From Desulfurococcaceae archaeon (GTDB taxonomy: Archaea > Thermoproteota > Thermoprotei_A > Sulfolobales > Desulfurococcaceae): 17,720 bases of DNA. Positions 17,268-17,720 of the stretch are shown in pieces; positions within the stretch are counted from its first letter, which is position 1, and every line of letters begins with the position of its first letter. The stretch lies in NCBI GenBank assembly GCA_038888155.1, contig JAWAJB010000017.1, positions 1 through 17,720 on the forward strand, written 5' to 3'. The notes below the pieces were generated by a model. That model ran no database searches, was not told the DNA's origin, and saw only the letters and a list, made by a program, of their open reading frames with translations. A program made the position numbers and the translations under genes.

Positions 17268-17720
17268 AGCTCGTGGAGAGCATAAACTCAGGTAGCATTG
17301 CAAACGACAATATGGAGGATCTTGTTGAACTAGCTAAGCTAAACAAGGTTCTACTCGGCTTCCTAAGAAGAGTAGGCTACGAGGGTTATCTCAGGAGCGC
17401 GGAGGAAGCTCTCTACAAGCAGTACATGAGTGAAGTCGCTAAAGTAGCTAGGGCTTTACAAGGCTTAAATTATGCACTCTACAAGTTCAGGAAGCCTGTG
17501 GAGCACGTCTCAGTTGACATAGATGTACTTATTCACAATAGGCATTTAAGAGAAGCTGTGAGAAGACTCAGGGAAGCTGGTTTTAGAGTAGAAGTTCTAG
17601 AGCCCTACACTGTAACCATGGTTAAGGGTAGAACAATAGTGGACTTGTACACTCATCCCTCCTTTGCGTGGACTATTTACCTAGATGGTGAACGCTTGCT
17701 GGAGGAGGTGGAAACTATCG
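17249..17720 (+). CDS. Pol-beta-fold nucleotidyltransferase family protein (NTP_transf_5-like), 3' partial
   Basis: GGTGA SD at 17235-17239; ATG 17249 overlaps the kinase by 19 nt; open to the window end. Reads MPTKTLKL...AKLNKVLL...YALYKFRKPVEHVSVDIDVLI...LREAGF...IVDLYTH, with DxD plus a third acidic residue on a later strand. Confidence 0.85.
   Translation, partial: MPTKTLKLVESINSGSIANDNMEDLVELAKLNKVLLGFLRRVGYEGYLRSAEEALYKQYMSEVAKVARALQGLNYALYKFRKPVEHVSVDIDVLIHNRHLREAVRRLREAGFRVEVLEPYTVTMVKGRTIVDLYTHPSFAWTIYLDGERLLEEVETI

Noticed and set aside
1-17720. CRISPR array, tRNA/rRNA, transposase, integrase, flippase or nucleotide-sugar synthesis genes
   Set aside because: No periodic repeats, RNA-gene signatures or matching protein motifs were seen; such genes may lie outside the window.

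Overview
A 17.7-kb accessory cell-surface glycosylation (S-layer glycan/EPS) island, with all well-supported genes on the + strand. It most likely comes from a thermophilic archaeon of Thermoproteota type; this is inferred from AGR Arg, ATA Ile and CTA Leu codon use, GGTG/GGAGG ribosome-binding sites and TATA-like promoters. Intact genes: one membrane-bound GT2, five GT4/GT-B glycosyltransferases, a polytopic GT-C-like membrane protein, an Asp-box beta-propeller, two thymidylate-kinase-like P-loop kinases with hydrophobic inserts, and a pol-beta-fold nucleotidyltransferase that overlaps the second kinase, runs off the window end and is missing from the ORF track. Between them lie many gene relics: two dead FkbM methyltransferases (one fused in frame to a GT4 C-terminus), a truncated GT2, a GT4 N-terminal stub, a shattered thioredoxin-fold gene and a frameshifted clan AA aspartic protease. 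The best candidate for an undescribed system is the kinase + nucleotidyltransferase module linked to the glycosyltransferases, GT-C-like protein and propeller. Family assignments rest on motifs read by eye; no database searches were run. No RNA genes, CRISPR arrays or intact mobile elements were seen.
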